From Phycisphaerae bacterium (GTDB taxonomy: Bacteria > Planctomycetota > Phycisphaerae > UBA1845), in NCBI GenBank assembly GCA_963666835.2, contig CAXXGO010000001.1:1920001-1984000 (forward strand): 64,000 nt of DNA, read 5' to 3'. Shown one piece after another: positions 30,768 through 41,799 of the stretch. Below the pieces are notes generated by a model, which worked only from the letters and a program-made list of their open reading frames with translations, was not told the origin of the DNA and ran no database searches. Position numbers and translations under genes: made by a program. Numbering within the stretch: position 1 is the first letter of the stretch; each line of letters starts with the position of its first letter.

Positions 30768-31064
30768 AACGTTTGCTTCCTTGACTCTGCGGGTTACCAA
30801 CGCGTCGAACCCCGAGTAAAGGGCTACTTACCGCGATACGTGGCCCCTTACTTCTTCAGGCGTTCGGATGGTTGGGATTATAGAGTTCTCGGGATGGCGA
30901 GCAAGCTGGATGGGGCAGGTCGCGGAGCGGCGTTGCCGGGTGGGGCCGTCCCGGAAATAGGCGACGCTCTTGACGAGTTCCGGGGCAAGGCGTACCGGCT
31001 ACATACGCCGAGTTACAGATGGGCCGTTTTGTGATGGCCGGAGGCGCTTTCGGGAGCAGATACA

Positions 31065-31538
31065 ATGGGCCGAGACTACGACGAGTTTACGCGAACTCTT
31101 GGGGGCCTGGCCGGCGACCGGACGGCGCGGATGCAGAAGGTCGTTGACGTCCTTTGGGACGGTATGCACCCCGACGGTGTGTCCTGGGTCGGGTTCTACG
31201 TTCACGAAGGCGGCGATGAGCTGATTCTCGGCCCCCGGCGCGACGGGCCGGCCTGTTCACCGATCGGACTCCATGGCGCCTGCGGGCGGGCTTTCGTAGC
31301 TCGTGAGGCCATGATTGTCCGAGACGTTGCCCAGCTTGGCGAGGGCTACATCGCGTGCGATCCGCGAGATCGGTCTGAGGTTGTATTGCCGGTTTTCGAC
31401 GATGCGGGGGCATGCTGGGGCGTGCTGGACCTGGACAGTCACGAGGTCGGCTCCTTCGGAGATGCCGACGTACTCGGGCTGCAAGCGGTGCTCGTGGCGG
31501 CCGGTTTGACCACCGCTGCCGCTTCGCCGACCGACTGA
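31065..31538 (+). CDS. GAF domain protein, free methionine-R-sulfoxide reductase-like
   Basis: SWVGFY, LGP...AC..IG..GACG, YIACD...SEVVLP and LDLDS. Confidence 0.85.
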   Translation: MGRDYDEFTRTLGGLAGDRTARMQKVVDVLWDGMHPDGVSWVGFYVHEGGDELILGPRRDGPACSPIGLHGACGRAFVAREAMIVRDVAQLGEGYIACDPRDRSEVVLPVFDDAGACWGVLDLDSHEVGSFGDADVLGLQAVLVAAGLTTAAASPTD

Positions 31539-31710
31539 ACCCCACACAATCGAAGTGGCGATAATCTGCCGTTAGCCAATCGGAGAATATTTAAGCCGGG
31601 ATCACGAATCCTCTCGCGTGAACGGGGGATGGTTGCGCCCGGCGCGTGTTGTGCCTGCGGACGAATCGGCCGAGACGCGGTCGGCCCCGTCAAGCTCAGG
31701 GTGATCGCTG

Positions 31711-32550
31711 ATGAGGGACTCCGGCGAAGTTGACGTTACCCCGCGACCGAACCACGTCACGATTTGTGACGTACCGGTGGCATGCGTCGAGCTGGACCGT
31801 TACTGTGAGGACTGCGGGTATAACCTGCGCACGCTGACCGTAACCAGAGACGAACGTACCGGGATTCCGATTGTCCGTTGTACGGAGTGCGGGCGGTATC
31901 AACCGGCCAATAACACGTCGACGGCGCTGAAACCGCTGCAGCAGCGCATTTCAATGGTGTTGCTGTTCTCGTGGATGATGGCGATCGTCGGCTTGTTTGT
32001 TCTATTGGGTTCCGGGGAGGGAGCGATTAGCTACGGCACTCTCGAAGAGCTGACCGTTCGAGAAGGGTATGAGTTCCGGCAGATCAGCCCCACCACGAAG
32101 ATCGTGACGAACTTCGGCCGGGGTCCGCTTCAGGTTCAGGCCGACTACCAGTACTACGGATCGTTCGTTACGTTGATCCTGTTCGGTTCGTTTGCCACGG
32201 CGTTCGCGGGCGGGGTCTTTGCAGTTGTGGTTCTGCCGCATTGGTCGCGCGGGCCTCACATTGGTTTAGCCCTGGCGATCCCCCTCATCGCAGGGGCGAT
32301 TGCCGCGATAGCGTGGTGGGCGGATGCCCCGCATCTGCTAGGCTGGGGCTTGCAGTATCTGGGGGCTCATGCGGTGGTGCAGCTCGTGGGCGGATTCCTG
32401 GGAGTTACGTTCGGCCGGGCTCTGGCCCGAACGGCCGTTTCCATCCTGTTACCGCCGTCGATACGTCCGTGGCTGGCGTACCTCTGGATCGCCGACAACA
32501 AGCCGGTTCCCGGACCGCGCACCCTTGGCGGTGAGCCCTCTACATGTTGA
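31711..32550 (+). CDS. Zinc-ribbon membrane protein (hypothetical)
   Basis: CEDCGYNLRTL...RCTECG followed by TM helices. Confidence 0.75.
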   Translation: MRDSGEVDVTPRPNHVTICDVPVACVELDRYCEDCGYNLRTLTVTRDERTGIPIVRCTECGRYQPANNTSTALKPLQQRISMVLLFSWMMAIVGLFVLLGSGEGAISYGTLEELTVREGYEFRQISPTTKIVTNFGRGPLQVQADYQYYGSFVTLILFGSFATAFAGGVFAVVVLPHWSRGPHIGLALAIPLIAGAIAAIAWWADAPHLLGWGLQYLGAHAVVQLVGGFLGVTFGRALARTAVSILLPPSIRPWLAYLWIADNKPVPGPRTLGGEPSTC

Positions 32551-33454
32551 TCAACACCAACGCCACGATTGTCAACGCGATAGCAGACCAGTCCTTTCGG
32601 CTGAGCGTCTCTTTGAAGATGAGGATCCCGGAGATGTTGATGACTACAATCGTCCCGGCGCTGTAGATTGGGAATACCACCGCGGCGGGCATCCCGGAAA
32701 GGGCGAGAATCAAGAAGAACGATGAGAACAGATTCGGGATTCCCACGGCAATCCCGGTGACTACGTCGCGCCGGGCTACTCGGCGTTGTTTGACTGCCAG
32801 GGCGATAACACTGCAACAGAATGCCACTAAGAAGGTGGTCAACAGGAACAGGGACCGGTCCTCCAGTAACCCGTATCTCTGGAACACCTTGTTGCTGAAC
32901 TCCGCCGTCCCCCCGAACACAAACAACAGCAGAAGTGCCGGCCGAAACGCCCTTTTGAGATCGCGTTTGGTCGGCCAGTTGACAATCGTGATCGAGGAAA
33001 GCGCCAGGGTGATCCCACACCATTGCGCGGTTGCGGGGTACACCCGCCACAAGAGCAGCGATAGGACGAGCGGGACCAGGATGCCGAGCTTGGCGAAAGC
33101 CCCGGCTAAGCTCGCCCCATGGCGCAGGACGCTCTCTTGATAGTATACAAAGGCCAGGAAGAAGAAGGACCCGGCCCCCAGCCCGGATAGCACCGCCCAC
33201 ACCGAACCCGCCGCAGGAGACAACGTGGGCTCAGCTTGCGTCAGAGCCTTGGTGACTTCATCGAGGCACGCGGGAAGGTCGAGGTCCGCCGGTAGGGGAG
33301 TCTCGCGCGTCGTCAGGATGATAAGGCTGATAACGCAGGCCGTAAGGTAGTTGGCCGCGGTGACCGCATAGCGGTTCATCCCCGACGTTTCGCTATGTTT
33401 GAAGATCAACGCAATCGATGCGCTGCAGGCGGTGGCCAGAATCAGAGCGAGCAT
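32540..33454 (-). CDS. DMT/EamA family transporter
   Basis: About 10 TM helices in two repeats, ending GILIFKETLS. Confidence 0.85.
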   Translation of the reverse strand: MLALILATACSASIALIFKHSETSGMNRYAVTAANYLTACVISLIILTTRETPLPADLDLPACLDEVTKALTQAEPTLSPAAGSVWAVLSGLGAGSFFFLAFVYYQESVLRHGASLAGAFAKLGILVPLVLSLLLWRVYPATAQWCGITLALSSITIVNWPTKRDLKRAFRPALLLLFVFGGTAEFSNKVFQRYGLLEDRSLFLLTTFLVAFCCSVIALAVKQRRVARRDVVTGIAVGIPNLFSSFFLILALSGMPAAVVFPIYSAGTIVVINISGILIFKETLSRKDWSAIALTIVALVLINM

Positions 33455-33532
33455 TCTTGGTTCAGTTGATTGATAAGTACATCGGGCATCGATCTCCGTA
33501 CGCCTGGGCGCACAGGCTTCGACAGATTGAAC

Positions 33533-34819
33533 CTACGAAGTGGCCGTCGCCGGCCGAATCGCCTTGTCCGCGATATCGCGCCGGCAGAAGGCGCCGTCGA
33601 ACTTGATCTCCGCGACCGCGGCGTAGGCTCGCCGTTGGGCATCGGCTATGTCCGTTCCAAGAGCCGTCACCCCTAATACTCGCCCGCCGCTGGAGAGCGT
33701 CAGGTGCTCGAGCTTCTTAGTTCCGGCATGATATACAAACGTGTCCTCCAACGCCGCGGCGCGATCCAGCCCTTCGATGACTTTGTTGGACTCGTAGATG
33801 CCGGGATACCCCTCGGACGCCATGACGACACACACGGCCGGTCGGGGATCCCACTGTAGGCGGGCCTCCGCCAGCCGGCCCTCGACCACCGCGTCCAAAA
33901 GGTCGTACAAATCCGCCTTCAAGCGCGGCAGAACGACCTGAGTCTCCGGATCTCCGAACCTGCAGTTGAACTCCAGGACCTTGGGACCGCCCGGGGTCAA
34001 CATCAGCCCCGCGTATAACAGGCCCTGGTACGCAGCGCCATCGTTACGCAACGCGTCGACGATTGGCACCAGGACGTCCCGCTCGATCTTGCCGAGCAGT
34101 TCCGGGGTTGCGATAGGAGCGGGGCTGTAGGCACCCATACCGCCGGTATTCGGACCCGTATCGCCTTCCCCCACGGCCTTGTGATCTTGAGCGGTATCGA
34201 GAACGTATATGGTGTGTCCGTCGACCAGGGCGAAGACGGAAAGCTCCGGACCCTTGAGAAGTTCCTCGACGACGACGGTGTTCCCCGCTTCGCCGAAGAC
34301 CCGCTTGACCATGATCTGCTCCAGTGCCAGTATTGCGGCAGCAGGATCCTGGCATACGAAGACGCCCTTGCCGGCGGCCAGTCCGGCCGCCTTGACGACC
34401 AATCCGGTGTCGCGGGTTGCAACGTATTCGCGGGCGCTTTCATGGTCGGTGAACACCCGGCCTTCGGCGGCCGGGACCTTGGCGAGCTTCATCAGGTGCT
34501 TGGCGTAGGCTTTGTCGCCCTCGATACGGGCCGCGGCCGCCGTCGGCCCGAACACACGCAGCCCGGCTTTTTGAAAGTGATCGACAATCCCGGCGCAGAG
34601 CGGTGCTTCGGGGCCCACAACGGTCAGATCGATCCTGTGCTCCCGCGCCAGTGTCGCCAGAGCGTCGTGATTGCTGATGTCCGCTTCGATGTTCTCGGCG
34701 ACCGAGGCCGTGCCCGCGTTGCCGGGAACACAGATCACGTGTTCGACCCGTGGAGAATCGGCGATTCCGACCGCAAGCGCATGCTCGCGTCCGCCGCTTC
34801 CGATTATCATTGCTCGCAT
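33533..34819 (-). CDS. purD: Phosphoribosylamine--glycine ligase
   Basis: GSGGREHA, GLAAGKGV, GPNTGGMG, EFNCRFGDPE and GGRVL. Confidence 0.97.
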   Translation of the reverse strand: MRAMIIGSGGREHALAVGIADSPRVEHVICVPGNAGTASVAENIEADISNHDALATLAREHRIDLTVVGPEAPLCAGIVDHFQKAGLRVFGPTAAAARIEGDKAYAKHLMKLAKVPAAEGRVFTDHESAREYVATRDTGLVVKAAGLAAGKGVFVCQDPAAAILALEQIMVKRVFGEAGNTVVVEELLKGPELSVFALVDGHTIYVLDTAQDHKAVGEGDTGPNTGGMGAYSPAPIATPELLGKIERDVLVPIVDALRNDGAAYQGLLYAGLMLTPGGPKVLEFNCRFGDPETQVVLPRLKADLYDLLDAVVEGRLAEARLQWDPRPAVCVVMASEGYPGIYESNKVIEGLDRAAALEDTFVYHAGTKKLEHLTLSSGGRVLGVTALGTDIADAQRRAYAAVAEIKFDGAFCRRDIADKAIRPATATS

Positions 34820-34981
34820 AAGGTTTCATCCCTGTTGATTCTGCCGTCCGCGGGACCTCCGCGCAGACGTGCTACGGCCGGCGGACTCTGCAGTATGATA
34901 CGCCGCAGTCTCACCCGGGGCGCCGCCCACGCCGATTACGCCTCGATTCTACGGAGAAACCGGAGACTTGCCAGCCCGCCC

Positions 34982-35212
34982 GTAACGCAGGCTTCCAGCC
35001 TGCCGGAGCGGACGCTCCGCCGGAACTCGGGCGAACGCTGGATTGGATCGCACGCTTGCAGCCCGCACGATTATTGGCAGACCAACGACGCATACAGCGA
35101 TGCAGACAGGATATCTACGCTACGACCGAGCATGTAGACAGGATGTCTTCGCTACGACCGACCACACGGACGACGATGTGGACGGGATACCTGCGTTACG
35201 TAACGCAGGTAT
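34982..35212. repeat. REP family B cluster (GTA(A/G)CGCAG(A/G)C-type palindromes)
   Basis: Forward copy at 34982-35003, degenerate inverted copies at 35102-35123, 35134-35155 and 35178-35199, and a perfect 26-bp palindrome at 35187-35212. Confidence 0.75.
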
Positions 35213-35267
35213 TCAGCCAGGGTGGAGCGTGGCGAACCCGTGGGTGAGACTACTGTTGTAGGCATCG

Positions 35268-37292
35268 CTAGCTAGGTTGAGGGAGGGGACCGTCACCGAG
35301 GTTCGTTTCGGAAGTTGTGTCGGCCTGGATCGGCCGGGCGACTCCGACGTCACTGTCCTGCGCTACGGCGCGGTCCAACAGGTCGGAAACGCTGGTCCGT
35401 TCCAGGGACTCGCCGCGGATCAGGGCGTTCACCTCTTCGCCGGTGATTGTCTCGTATTGCAGTAGGGCCTCGGCGATAGCTTCTAGTTTCGCCCGATTTT
35501 CGGTGATCATGTTCTTGGCGGTCTCGTACCCGGCGTCCAGGATTCGCTTAATCTCCTGGTCTATCACTTCGGCGGTCTTGTCGGAATAGTCCCGCCCGCC
35601 CAGGTCGTAGACATTATTCTTAGAATCACCCTCGCCGTAGTAGACGAACCCGACCGATTCGCCCATACCCCAGTCCCGGACCATACGCCGGGCGATCTCG
35701 GTAGCCTGCTTGATATCGGATGCGGCTCCGCTGCTGATCTCGTTAAAGAAGACCTGTTCCGCGATCCGCCCGCCAAGGGCTACCCGCATGAGCGCGAGCA
35801 GGTAACCCCGGGTGTAGACCATGCGGTCGCGCTCCGGGAGCGAGAAAGTCGCTCCGCCGGCCGGACCTCGCGGAATGATGCTGACCTTGTGAACCGGGTC
35901 CGCTTCCTTCTCGAGGGCCTGAAGCAGGGCGTGGCCGGCCTCATGATACGCGGTGATCTTACGATCGCGCTCGTCAATAACCGAGCTTCTCTTGGCTCGC
36001 CCCCAGCGTACCTTGTCTCGGGCTTCTTCCAGGTCGTCCTGTTCGACGAAGTCCTTATTGTGCATGGCGGCGATGAGCGCGGCCTCGTTGACGATAGCCT
36101 CCAGCTCGGCACCCGTGAACATGGGTGTACCCCGTGCCACCCGGCGGACATCGACGGTGCTGCCCAGTTTGACCCTGCGCATGTGGACCTTGAGGATCTC
36201 ATACCGGCCTTGCAGGTCGGGTAGGGAGACGAACACCTGCCGGTCGAACCGCCCGGGGCGGATCAACGCCGGATCCAGCACGTCCGAGCGGTTAGTGGCG
36301 GCGATGACGATGACCTGGGCGTTTGTGTCGAATCCGTCCATCTCGACGAGAATGGCATTAAGTGTCTGCTCGCGCTCGTCATGTCCGCCACCGCCGAATC
36401 CGGAGCCCCGCCGCCGACCGACCGCGTCGATCTCGTCGAGGAAGATGATGCAGGGGGAATTCTCCTTGGCCTGCTTGAACAGATCGCGCACGCGCGACGC
36501 CCCCACACCGACGAACATCTCTACGAAGTCGGAGCCGCTTATGGAGAAGAACGGCACATCGGCCTCTCCGGCGATGGCCTTAGCCAACAAGGTCTTGCCG
36601 CATCCCGGCTCCCCGACCAGAAGGATCCCGCGAGGGATACGCCCGCCGAGACGTTGGAACTTCTTGGGAGCCTTGAGGAACTCTATGATCTCTTCGACTT
36701 CTTCCTTAGCTTCGTCGATCCCGGCGACGTCGGCAAACGTCACGTTGGTGTGTTCTTTGTGCGTAACGCGGTGCCGGGATCGTCCGAAGTTGCCCAGCAT
36801 TCCGCCGCCTCCGCCCATCGAACGGATTTGCCGGAAAAACACGAACCAGATAAACGCGAAGATCAGCACCCACGGCAAGAGATTCAGCAGAACGATTACC
36901 ACCTGGTTCGGCTTCTCGCAATCGACGGCCGGAATACTCTCGTTCATCCGTTGAGTGAACTCGCCGTCGATGGCTTCGGTGGGATACTGCACTGTGAATC
37001 GCGTGGTTTCCCCGGCCGGATCGGCTTCCGAGAGGATCCGTTCCCCCTCGACCAGCCCGTCTTCCTTGATGACCAGCTTCTCGATCTGCTTGTTCTTGAC
37101 GTACATCTCGAACTCGCTGATCGTCAACTTCTTGGGCGATTCCAGCGAACTCTGCAACAGGGCCACCAGCAGAATGCCCGCTCCCAGAAGGACCAGCCAA
37201 CTGACTAGATTGCGCGACATCCGCGGTGCCGGCCCGTTCGGTTGCTTCGGGGCAGGTGGCTGAGGCTCAGATGGTCCGTCGCCTTTCGGCAT
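35268..37292 (-). CDS. ftsH: ATP-dependent zinc metalloprotease FtsH
   Basis: Two TM segments, [24 protein letters not shown] and HEAGH. Confidence 0.97.
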   Translation of the reverse strand: MPKGDGPSEPQPPAPKQPNGPAPRMSRNLVSWLVLLGAGILLVALLQSSLESPKKLTISEFEMYVKNKQIEKLVIKEDGLVEGERILSEADPAGETTRFTVQYPTEAIDGEFTQRMNESIPAVDCEKPNQVVIVLLNLLPWVLIFAFIWFVFFRQIRSMGGGGGMLGNFGRSRHRVTHKEHTNVTFADVAGIDEAKEEVEEIIEFLKAPKKFQRLGGRIPRGILLVGEPGCGKTLLAKAIAGEADVPFFSISGSDFVEMFVGVGASRVRDLFKQAKENSPCIIFLDEIDAVGRRRGSGFGGGGHDEREQTLNAILVEMDGFDTNAQVIVIAATNRSDVLDPALIRPGRFDRQVFVSLPDLQGRYEILKVHMRRVKLGSTVDVRRVARGTPMFTGAELEAIVNEAALIAAMHNKDFVEQDDLEEARDKVRWGRAKRSSVIDERDRKITAYHEAGHALLQALEKEADPVHKVSIIPRGPAGGATFSLPERDRMVYTRGYLLALMRVALGGRIAEQVFFNEISSGAASDIKQATEIARRMVRDWGMGESVGFVYYGEGDSKNNVYDLGGRDYSDKTAEVIDQEIKRILDAGYETAKNMITENRAKLEAIAEALLQYETITGEEVNALIRGESLERTSVSDLLDRAVAQDSDVGVARPIQADTTSETNLGDGPLPQPS

Positions 37293-37371
37293 CAACAAGC
37301 TCGCAGTATTACGAAGACTTCATTCGGTGCAGCAACACTGCCGGCACCGTCCATTACTTATGCTAGCGTTC

Positions 37372-37878
37372 TCACCAACTGGATTCCATCGTCTCGACCA
37401 TTTGCTCGGCCAGCCCCTCCAGACCACGCGTCATCGCATCGTTGAATCTCTCTCCCGCGGGTGGAATATAACTGGTTTGATACACGAACCTTGGTCTCTC
37501 GATCAGAATATCCCCCGAGCGAAGATCCTGGAAACGATAACGGATAACGATGGTCGAGCCTATCTCGCGAGGCAAATCCGTCTTGTAGTCGTCTCCGAAG
37601 GTACGGTTTTCGACATTAAGAATCTCGCCGCTGAGCAGCGCGTCGGCGGTACGCCGCGGGGCAATCCGGTACGGCGTGTCCAACTCAATCCGCTTAACGA
37701 TCGCTTCGGTAAGTCGAAACTCCAACTCGCGTCGAAACTCCTTAGACTGCAGCATTTCAACGTGAACGGTCTGAATATCGGTCGGAAAGGGCCGTTGCGT
37801 CGAATAGCCGCACCCGGTCAGGGCTGTAAGTGCTATCGAGGAAAAGATCATTAGCCGACTGAGATTTCTCGCCATCAT
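37372..37878 (-). CDS. lptE: LptE-family lipoprotein
   Basis: Lipobox LTGCGY, IQTVHVE and LTEAIVKRIE. Directly downstream of a BamD-like gene. Confidence 0.8.
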   Translation of the reverse strand: MMARNLSRLMIFSSIALTALTGCGYSTQRPFPTDIQTVHVEMLQSKEFRRELEFRLTEAIVKRIELDTPYRIAPRRTADALLSGEILNVENRTFGDDYKTDLPREIGSTIVIRYRFQDLRSGDILIERPRFVYQTSYIPPAGERFNDAMTRGLEGLAEQMVETMESSW

Positions 37879-38011
37879 TCTTCTGACGCCTTGTTATCGG
37901 ATCATCCGGACGGACCCTCGGAGCCCGCCCCTTCAACCTATGCCGGTTCGGCGACCGGCCGCACAGCGATGAGTATCTCGTCGTCGCGAACCGCCTCCGG
38001 TGCCGAGCGCG

Positions 38012-39025
38012 CTACGGCTCACCGTAACCACCAGCCGACGCCACCGGGCTCGATGCCCCCAGCAGTTCCAATCGCGCAGCCGCTTTGGTCGCCGCTACCG
38101 AGCCAGGCCAGCCGTCAACCACCGCCTGGTAATAGAAAACCGCCGAGGTCAGATGCTCGGTTCGCTCGTAATACTCCGCGATAGCGAGCTCCTTGCCGGC
38201 GCGGCGCTCCGCGATGGTCTCCAATATCACGCCCACGCCTTCCTGCTCGGCTACGCGCCCGTAGCGGTTGGCGTAATCACGGTACCGCTCCTCGGCCTCG
38301 ATCAAGGCCGCGTCGTCGTATTCTATTCCCGCGAAACTCGCTAAGGCCGACTCGGCCGATCGCCGCAAGGCGTAGCGGTGGTACTGCGTGCTGGGATGCT
38401 CACGCAGCAGCCGGGCGTAGTCCATCTCAGCCAAGGCGTGGTCACCGGTTCTGAAGAGATAATCCGCTTTGGTCTTGATCGCATACTCTGCGTATCTGGT
38501 GTTGGGATAGGTAACGGAGATGTCGTCCAAAATCCGCAGGGCGATGTCTTCTCCGGAAAGCAAACGCACCCCCCCGATCTTCCGCTTGACACCGGACAGG
38601 TACGTTTCCGCGATGACGAATTCCAGTCGAATGGCCTCCTCGGTCAAAGCCATTCCACTGAACTCGTCGAGGAACCCGGTCAGAGTCCCGTACGCCTTGT
38701 AGAAATCACGCCGGCCAATCTGAGCCTCGGCCTTGGCGATGACGACCTCCGGGTATAACGCGTCGGATTCCCCATACTGTTTGACGAACTGCTTGACCCG
38801 GGACAACGCCTTGCCGAACTCCCCGTCCTTATTCAGGACGCGGATCTGGTGCAAGTCGCCCTCCGGCGTACCGGCAGGCGGCGGGGGCGTCTCAACCCAT
38901 TCCCGTCGCTCTGAATCGTACGTGAGCGTTCGTGTTCGCGGCGGATCGGCACGCACTGCCGCCGTGCTGTACACCAAGCACCAGATTGTCACTGCGAGAC
39001 CGATTAGTCGGCTCAGAGTACTCAT
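38012..39025 (-). CDS. bamD: Outer membrane protein assembly factor BamD-like TPR protein
   Basis: Signal peptide, TPR repeats and KELAIAEYYER...SAVFYYQAVVDGWPGS. Confidence 0.8.
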   Translation of the reverse strand: MSTLSRLIGLAVTIWCLVYSTAAVRADPPRTRTLTYDSERREWVETPPPPAGTPEGDLHQIRVLNKDGEFGKALSRVKQFVKQYGESDALYPEVVIAKAEAQIGRRDFYKAYGTLTGFLDEFSGMALTEEAIRLEFVIAETYLSGVKRKIGGVRLLSGEDIALRILDDISVTYPNTRYAEYAIKTKADYLFRTGDHALAEMDYARLLREHPSTQYHRYALRRSAESALASFAGIEYDDAALIEAEERYRDYANRYGRVAEQEGVGVILETIAERRAGKELAIAEYYERTEHLTSAVFYYQAVVDGWPGSVAATKAAARLELLGASSPVASAGGYGEP

Positions 39026-39603
39026 CGGGTCGATTCCTCCCGAGACCGCGCTTCCCGGGCAACCGGATCCGTCCGATTGCACTGCCGGTGGCATTCTATC
39101 CGCAAGAACGCTGTTTACGCAATTACCGCCTAGCCTCGCATGGATGTGGCGGAAGGCCTCTGCGGAACGTGAGAGATGTCGCCGATGGTGGAATGGGCAA
39201 AACAGTGCGACTTGGTAGGGTGTCGGTTCAACGGTTGGTAGCGGCGTCCGCGGCCGTTCCCGATACACCGGAACACGTGTTTTGGGTGTGACTCCTGCCC
39301 GTTTAAGAGGTCACGACGACCGTATGAAGTTGTACCGCAGGTGGACCGGGAGTAGAGTCGTGCCCGTTCGTTTCGAGACCGATTGGCGCTACGTCACACC
39401 CGACACTCCGGTTTTGAGGTGTGCCACTGCTCTTGAGCAGTACCTTGAGCAGTGCGAGGACGGGACACGGTGCGGATTGAATCCGGACCTTATGCGTGTG
39501 ACGAAGCACCAGGGTGAGATTACCGCGAACTCTCGGGTGGTGGCTGCGGAGCGGGCGAGCTGAACCGCCGATTCCGCCGGAGAGCTTCAACGGGAGGGCC
39601 GAC

Positions 39604-40557
39604 GTGAGAGCCGTTACCTTCGATGGCACGCTGGCGTATCTGACCGATCATCCAGACCCCAGCCCGGCAGATGACGAATGCCTGATCCGGGTTCGTCTGG
39701 CCGGGATCTGCGCGACGGATCTTGAGATTGTGCGCGGATACTCGGATTTCAAGGGCGTTCTCGGTCACGAGTTCGTCGGTACGGTGGTCGCCGGCCCGGC
39801 CGAGTGGCGGGACCGGAGAGTCGTTGGCGAGATTAACTGCATCTGTCGTAAGTGCGACATGTGCCAGGCCGGGCTGGCCAACCACTGTCGCAACCGCACG
39901 GTGATGGGCATTGTGGGCCGCGACGGGTGCTTTGCTGACCTCGTGGCCGTGCCGGAGAGGAACCTCCACGCGGTTCCGGACGTGCTGTCGGACGAAGAAG
40001 CCGTATTTACCGAGCCGCTGGCTGCGGCTTGGCAGGTGCTTGCCCAATGCCGAATCGAGCCGCGGATGAACGTCAGTGTGATAGGCTCCGGACGCCTCGG
40101 GTTGCTGGTTGCCCAGGTTCTGGCACAAGCGGGTTGCAGGCCCACGGTGATCGGTCGGAATCCGGCGAAGCTGGTCGTCTGCGACAAGAAGGGGATCCAG
40201 GGGATTCATGTTGACACGCTTGTGGCTCGTCAGGACCGCGACGTCGTGATCGAGTGCAGTGGCACTCCCGACGGATTAGCGATTGCGATGGAGCTGGTCC
40301 GTCCTCGCGGCACTATCGTACTAAAGAGCACGTTCGCCGATGCGGCGACCCCGAACCTCGCGCCACTGGTCGTGCACGAGATCAACTTGATCGGCAGCCG
40401 GTGCGGCCCCTTCCCGGAGGCGATTGATGCTCTCGCCCGCCAGGCGGTCGACGTCCGCACCCTTGTCTCGCAGACCTTCCCGTTGGAACGTGCCGCCGAA
40501 GCCTTCGATGCCGCCGGCTCTCCCGAGAACATCAAGATACTCTTGCGGCCGGGGTAG
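39604..40557 (+). CDS. Zinc-dependent medium-chain alcohol dehydrogenase (threonine dehydrogenase-like)
   Basis: AGICATD, GHEFVG, CRKCDMC...C and GSGRLG. GTG start with GGGAGG RBS. Confidence 0.92.
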   Translation: MRAVTFDGTLAYLTDHPDPSPADDECLIRVRLAGICATDLEIVRGYSDFKGVLGHEFVGTVVAGPAEWRDRRVVGEINCICRKCDMCQAGLANHCRNRTVMGIVGRDGCFADLVAVPERNLHAVPDVLSDEEAVFTEPLAAAWQVLAQCRIEPRMNVSVIGSGRLGLLVAQVLAQAGCRPTVIGRNPAKLVVCDKKGIQGIHVDTLVARQDRDVVIECSGTPDGLAIAMELVRPRGTIVLKSTFADAATPNLAPLVVHEINLIGSRCGPFPEAIDALARQAVDVRTLVSQTFPLERAAEAFDAAGSPENIKILLRPG

Positions 40558-40636
40558 GGTAGGGGGGTGCTGAGGAAACGGGACGCAGGCCCGTCACGGG
40601 ATAGTGTCCGGAACGCCGGCGGAGGTGGAGAGGCCG

Positions 40637-41437
40637 ATGCAGACAGACCTGTCTTGTATTCAATGCGGTTACAACCTTCGCGGGCTTGACGAGACCGGGA
40701 AGTGTCCCGAATGTGGCACCGCAATCGCTGATTCCCTGCGCGGCGACCTCCTCGAATTCGCCGACCCCGATTGGCTCGACAAGATCAAGCTCGGGGTGAT
40801 TGTCAGATTCTGGCATTTGCCTCTATCGATCATTGCGCTTCCGCTCACGATTGTCTTTCCGGCAACTGCCGACGTTCTCACGTGGCTGGTTGCTGATGCC
40901 GCGGGGCTCGGGGCGTCGCTCCTGATCACGACTCGCGAGCCGCGAATGGAGTTTCGAGAGGGTGTTTTCACTTTGCGAAGAGTGGTTCGCTTCGCCGCCG
41001 CGGCGGGTTTCGCGGGGGCCATGCTAGGTATTGCGCATTCGGCATACACAGCATTGCCAACTTATTCGCACGTTATCGCTATCTGCCTGGGGCTACTCAG
41101 ATGGGCTGCAGTATGGGGCGAGGTGGCCTATTTGGGACGCCTTGCCTCGCGGATTCCGGATAGGCGGCTCGGTGAATCGGCGCAGACGGTTTTGTGGTTG
41201 GCGCTAATCCTCGGCGTGTTTGCCGCCGTGACGGCGCTGGTAGCACTCGAAGGGGTGGGTCTCATACTCGTCGTTTTGGGCCCGCCGTTCTTCATCGGTT
41301 GCCTACTACTTCTGGCCGCGTACAGAAAAGCCCTGAGGCAGGCAGCCGCAAAGGCTCGGGTGACGCTTGCTGCGGATTCGCATCAGCCGGCGGCGCCGGT
41401 CAACCCGCCATTACCCGACAACACGAGTTGCCATTGA
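40637..41437 (+). CDS. Zinc-ribbon membrane protein (hypothetical)
   Basis: CIQCGYNLRGLDETGKCPECG followed by about 6 TM helices. Confidence 0.78.
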   Translation: MQTDLSCIQCGYNLRGLDETGKCPECGTAIADSLRGDLLEFADPDWLDKIKLGVIVRFWHLPLSIIALPLTIVFPATADVLTWLVADAAGLGASLLITTREPRMEFREGVFTLRRVVRFAAAAGFAGAMLGIAHSAYTALPTYSHVIAICLGLLRWAAVWGEVAYLGRLASRIPDRRLGESAQTVLWLALILGVFAAVTALVALEGVGLILVVLGPPFFIGCLLLLAAYRKALRQAAAKARVTLAADSHQPAAPVNPPLPDNTSCH

Positions 41438-41799
41438 AAGCCACGGGTCTCCCGGCGGTTCTGCCGCAAGCCGGAGAGACAAGCTCTCGGCATTTGTCGC
41501 CGTCACTGCCCGCTTGGCGTAGTGTCGAAGCTGGGATCATGGGCCAACTTGTTGACCCGGGTTGCCGGAGTCCCCCGCTTCGGACGGTGTCGAAGCACTC
41601 CTACGCATCTCCACCGTGGCACGTTACGTGTGCCGCTCTCGGGCGCCGTCGCGTCCGGGCGATAATTCCTTGGTTGGAGTTGCCTAGCCCATTATACTGT
41701 TACGTGTTGTTGTCGGAGGGGATCGGGGCAACCTCCCTGCTGCGACCCCACCGAGCATCTCATGAGTTGGAGCGAGGTCTGTTTGCGAAGGAGGAAGTA

